The notes under the pieces: model-generated | Told to the model about the DNA's origin: nothing | Databases searched by the model: none | The model's input: only the letters and a program-made list of their open reading frames with translations | Origin: the human T2T-CHM13v2.0 reference genome, Homo sapiens | Assembly: GCF_009914755.1 (NCBI RefSeq) | Contig: NC_060927.1 | DNA: 64,000 nucleotides | Direction: 5' to 3' (one strand) | Program-made: the position numbers and the translations under genes | Shown: piece by piece, positions 63,198 through 64,000 of the stretch | Layout: each line of letters begins with the position of its first letter | How positions within the stretch are numbered: position 1 is the first letter of the stretch

Positions 63198-64000
63198 GCT
63201 TAGAATTGTCTTAGCTATATGGGCTCTTCTTTCATTCCATAAGAAATTTAAAGTAGTTTTTTTCTAGTTCTGTGAAGAATGTCAATGGTAGTTTGGTGGG
63301 AATAGCATTGAATCTATAAATTACTTTGGGCACTATAGGCATTTTCATGATATTGATTCTTCCTATCCATGAGGATGGAATGTTTTTCCATTTGTTTGTG
63401 TCCTCTCTTATTTCCTTGATCAGCAGTTTTTAGTTCTCTAAGGTCCTTCACATCCCTTGTTAGCTGTATTCCTAGGTATTTTATTCTCCTTGTAGCATAG
63501 TGAATGGGAGTTCATTCATGATTTGGCTCTCTGCTTGTCTTTTGTTGGTGTATAGGAGTGCTTTGATTTTTGCACAATGATTTTGTATCTTGATACTTTG
63601 CTGAAGTTGCTTATGAGCTTAAGGAGTTTTTGGGCTGAGACGATGGGGTTTTGTAAATATACAATCATGCCATCTGCAAACAGAGACAATTTGACCTCCT
63701 CTCTTCCTATTTAAATACCCTTTATTTCTTTCTCTTGCCTGATTTCCCTGGCCAGAACTTCCAATACTATGTTGAATAGGAGTGGTGAGAGAGGGCATCC
63801 TTATCTTGTGCTGGTTTTCAAAGGGAATCTTTCCAGCTTTTGACCATTCAATATGATATTGGCTGTGGGTTTGTCATAAGTAGCTCTTATTATTTTGAGA
63901 TATGATCCATCAACTACCTAGTTTACTGAGAGTTTTTAACATGAATCGATGTTTAATTTTATCAAAGGCTTTTTCTGGATCTATTGAGATAATTGTGTGG

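Larger units (their letters stand above)
61751..64000 (-). mobile_element. L1PA (PA8-PA10-like) 3' UTR and ORF2 3' part, continues past the window
   Basis: tactttaagtttcaggatacatgtgcagaatgtgcagg 3' end; ORF2 peptides [35 protein letters not shown] and HCWWECKLV. Confidence 0.97.

Overview
Primate (most likely human or great-ape) non-coding genomic DNA: AT-rich, CpG-depleted and packed with Alu, MIR, L1, L2, LTR and DNA-transposon relics. I find no supportable protein-coding gene, RNA gene or CRISPR array. The ORF track is explained by repeats or chance; the only protein-like ORFs are broken Tigger1 transposase and L1 ORF2 remnants. The largest elements are a complete THE1 MaLR provirus (1920-4217), an old L1M with nested insertions (about 9953-12262), a near full-length Tigger1 (53803-56154) and an L1PA 3' portion running off the window end (61751-64000). 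The most unusual structures are a microhomology-bounded ~250 bp tandem duplication with a transversion-heavy difference spectrum (7116-7631), a ~165 bp diverged direct repeat I cannot assign to any family (21513/23252), an 84 bp spacer-less palindrome inside an old L1 (29332-29415), quasi-palindrome/template-switch scars in the L1PA (62119-62260), an ETS-motif minisatellite (52483-52564), and a THE1 5' LTR that keeps its DUX4 motif, TATA box and splice donor while the 3' LTR has lost the first two. I do not see evidence for a new biological system; these are local rearrangement and regulatory hypotheses. Repeat names come from recall of consensus sequences, not a RepeatMasker run, and boundaries of old MIR/L2/L1M fragments are approximate.
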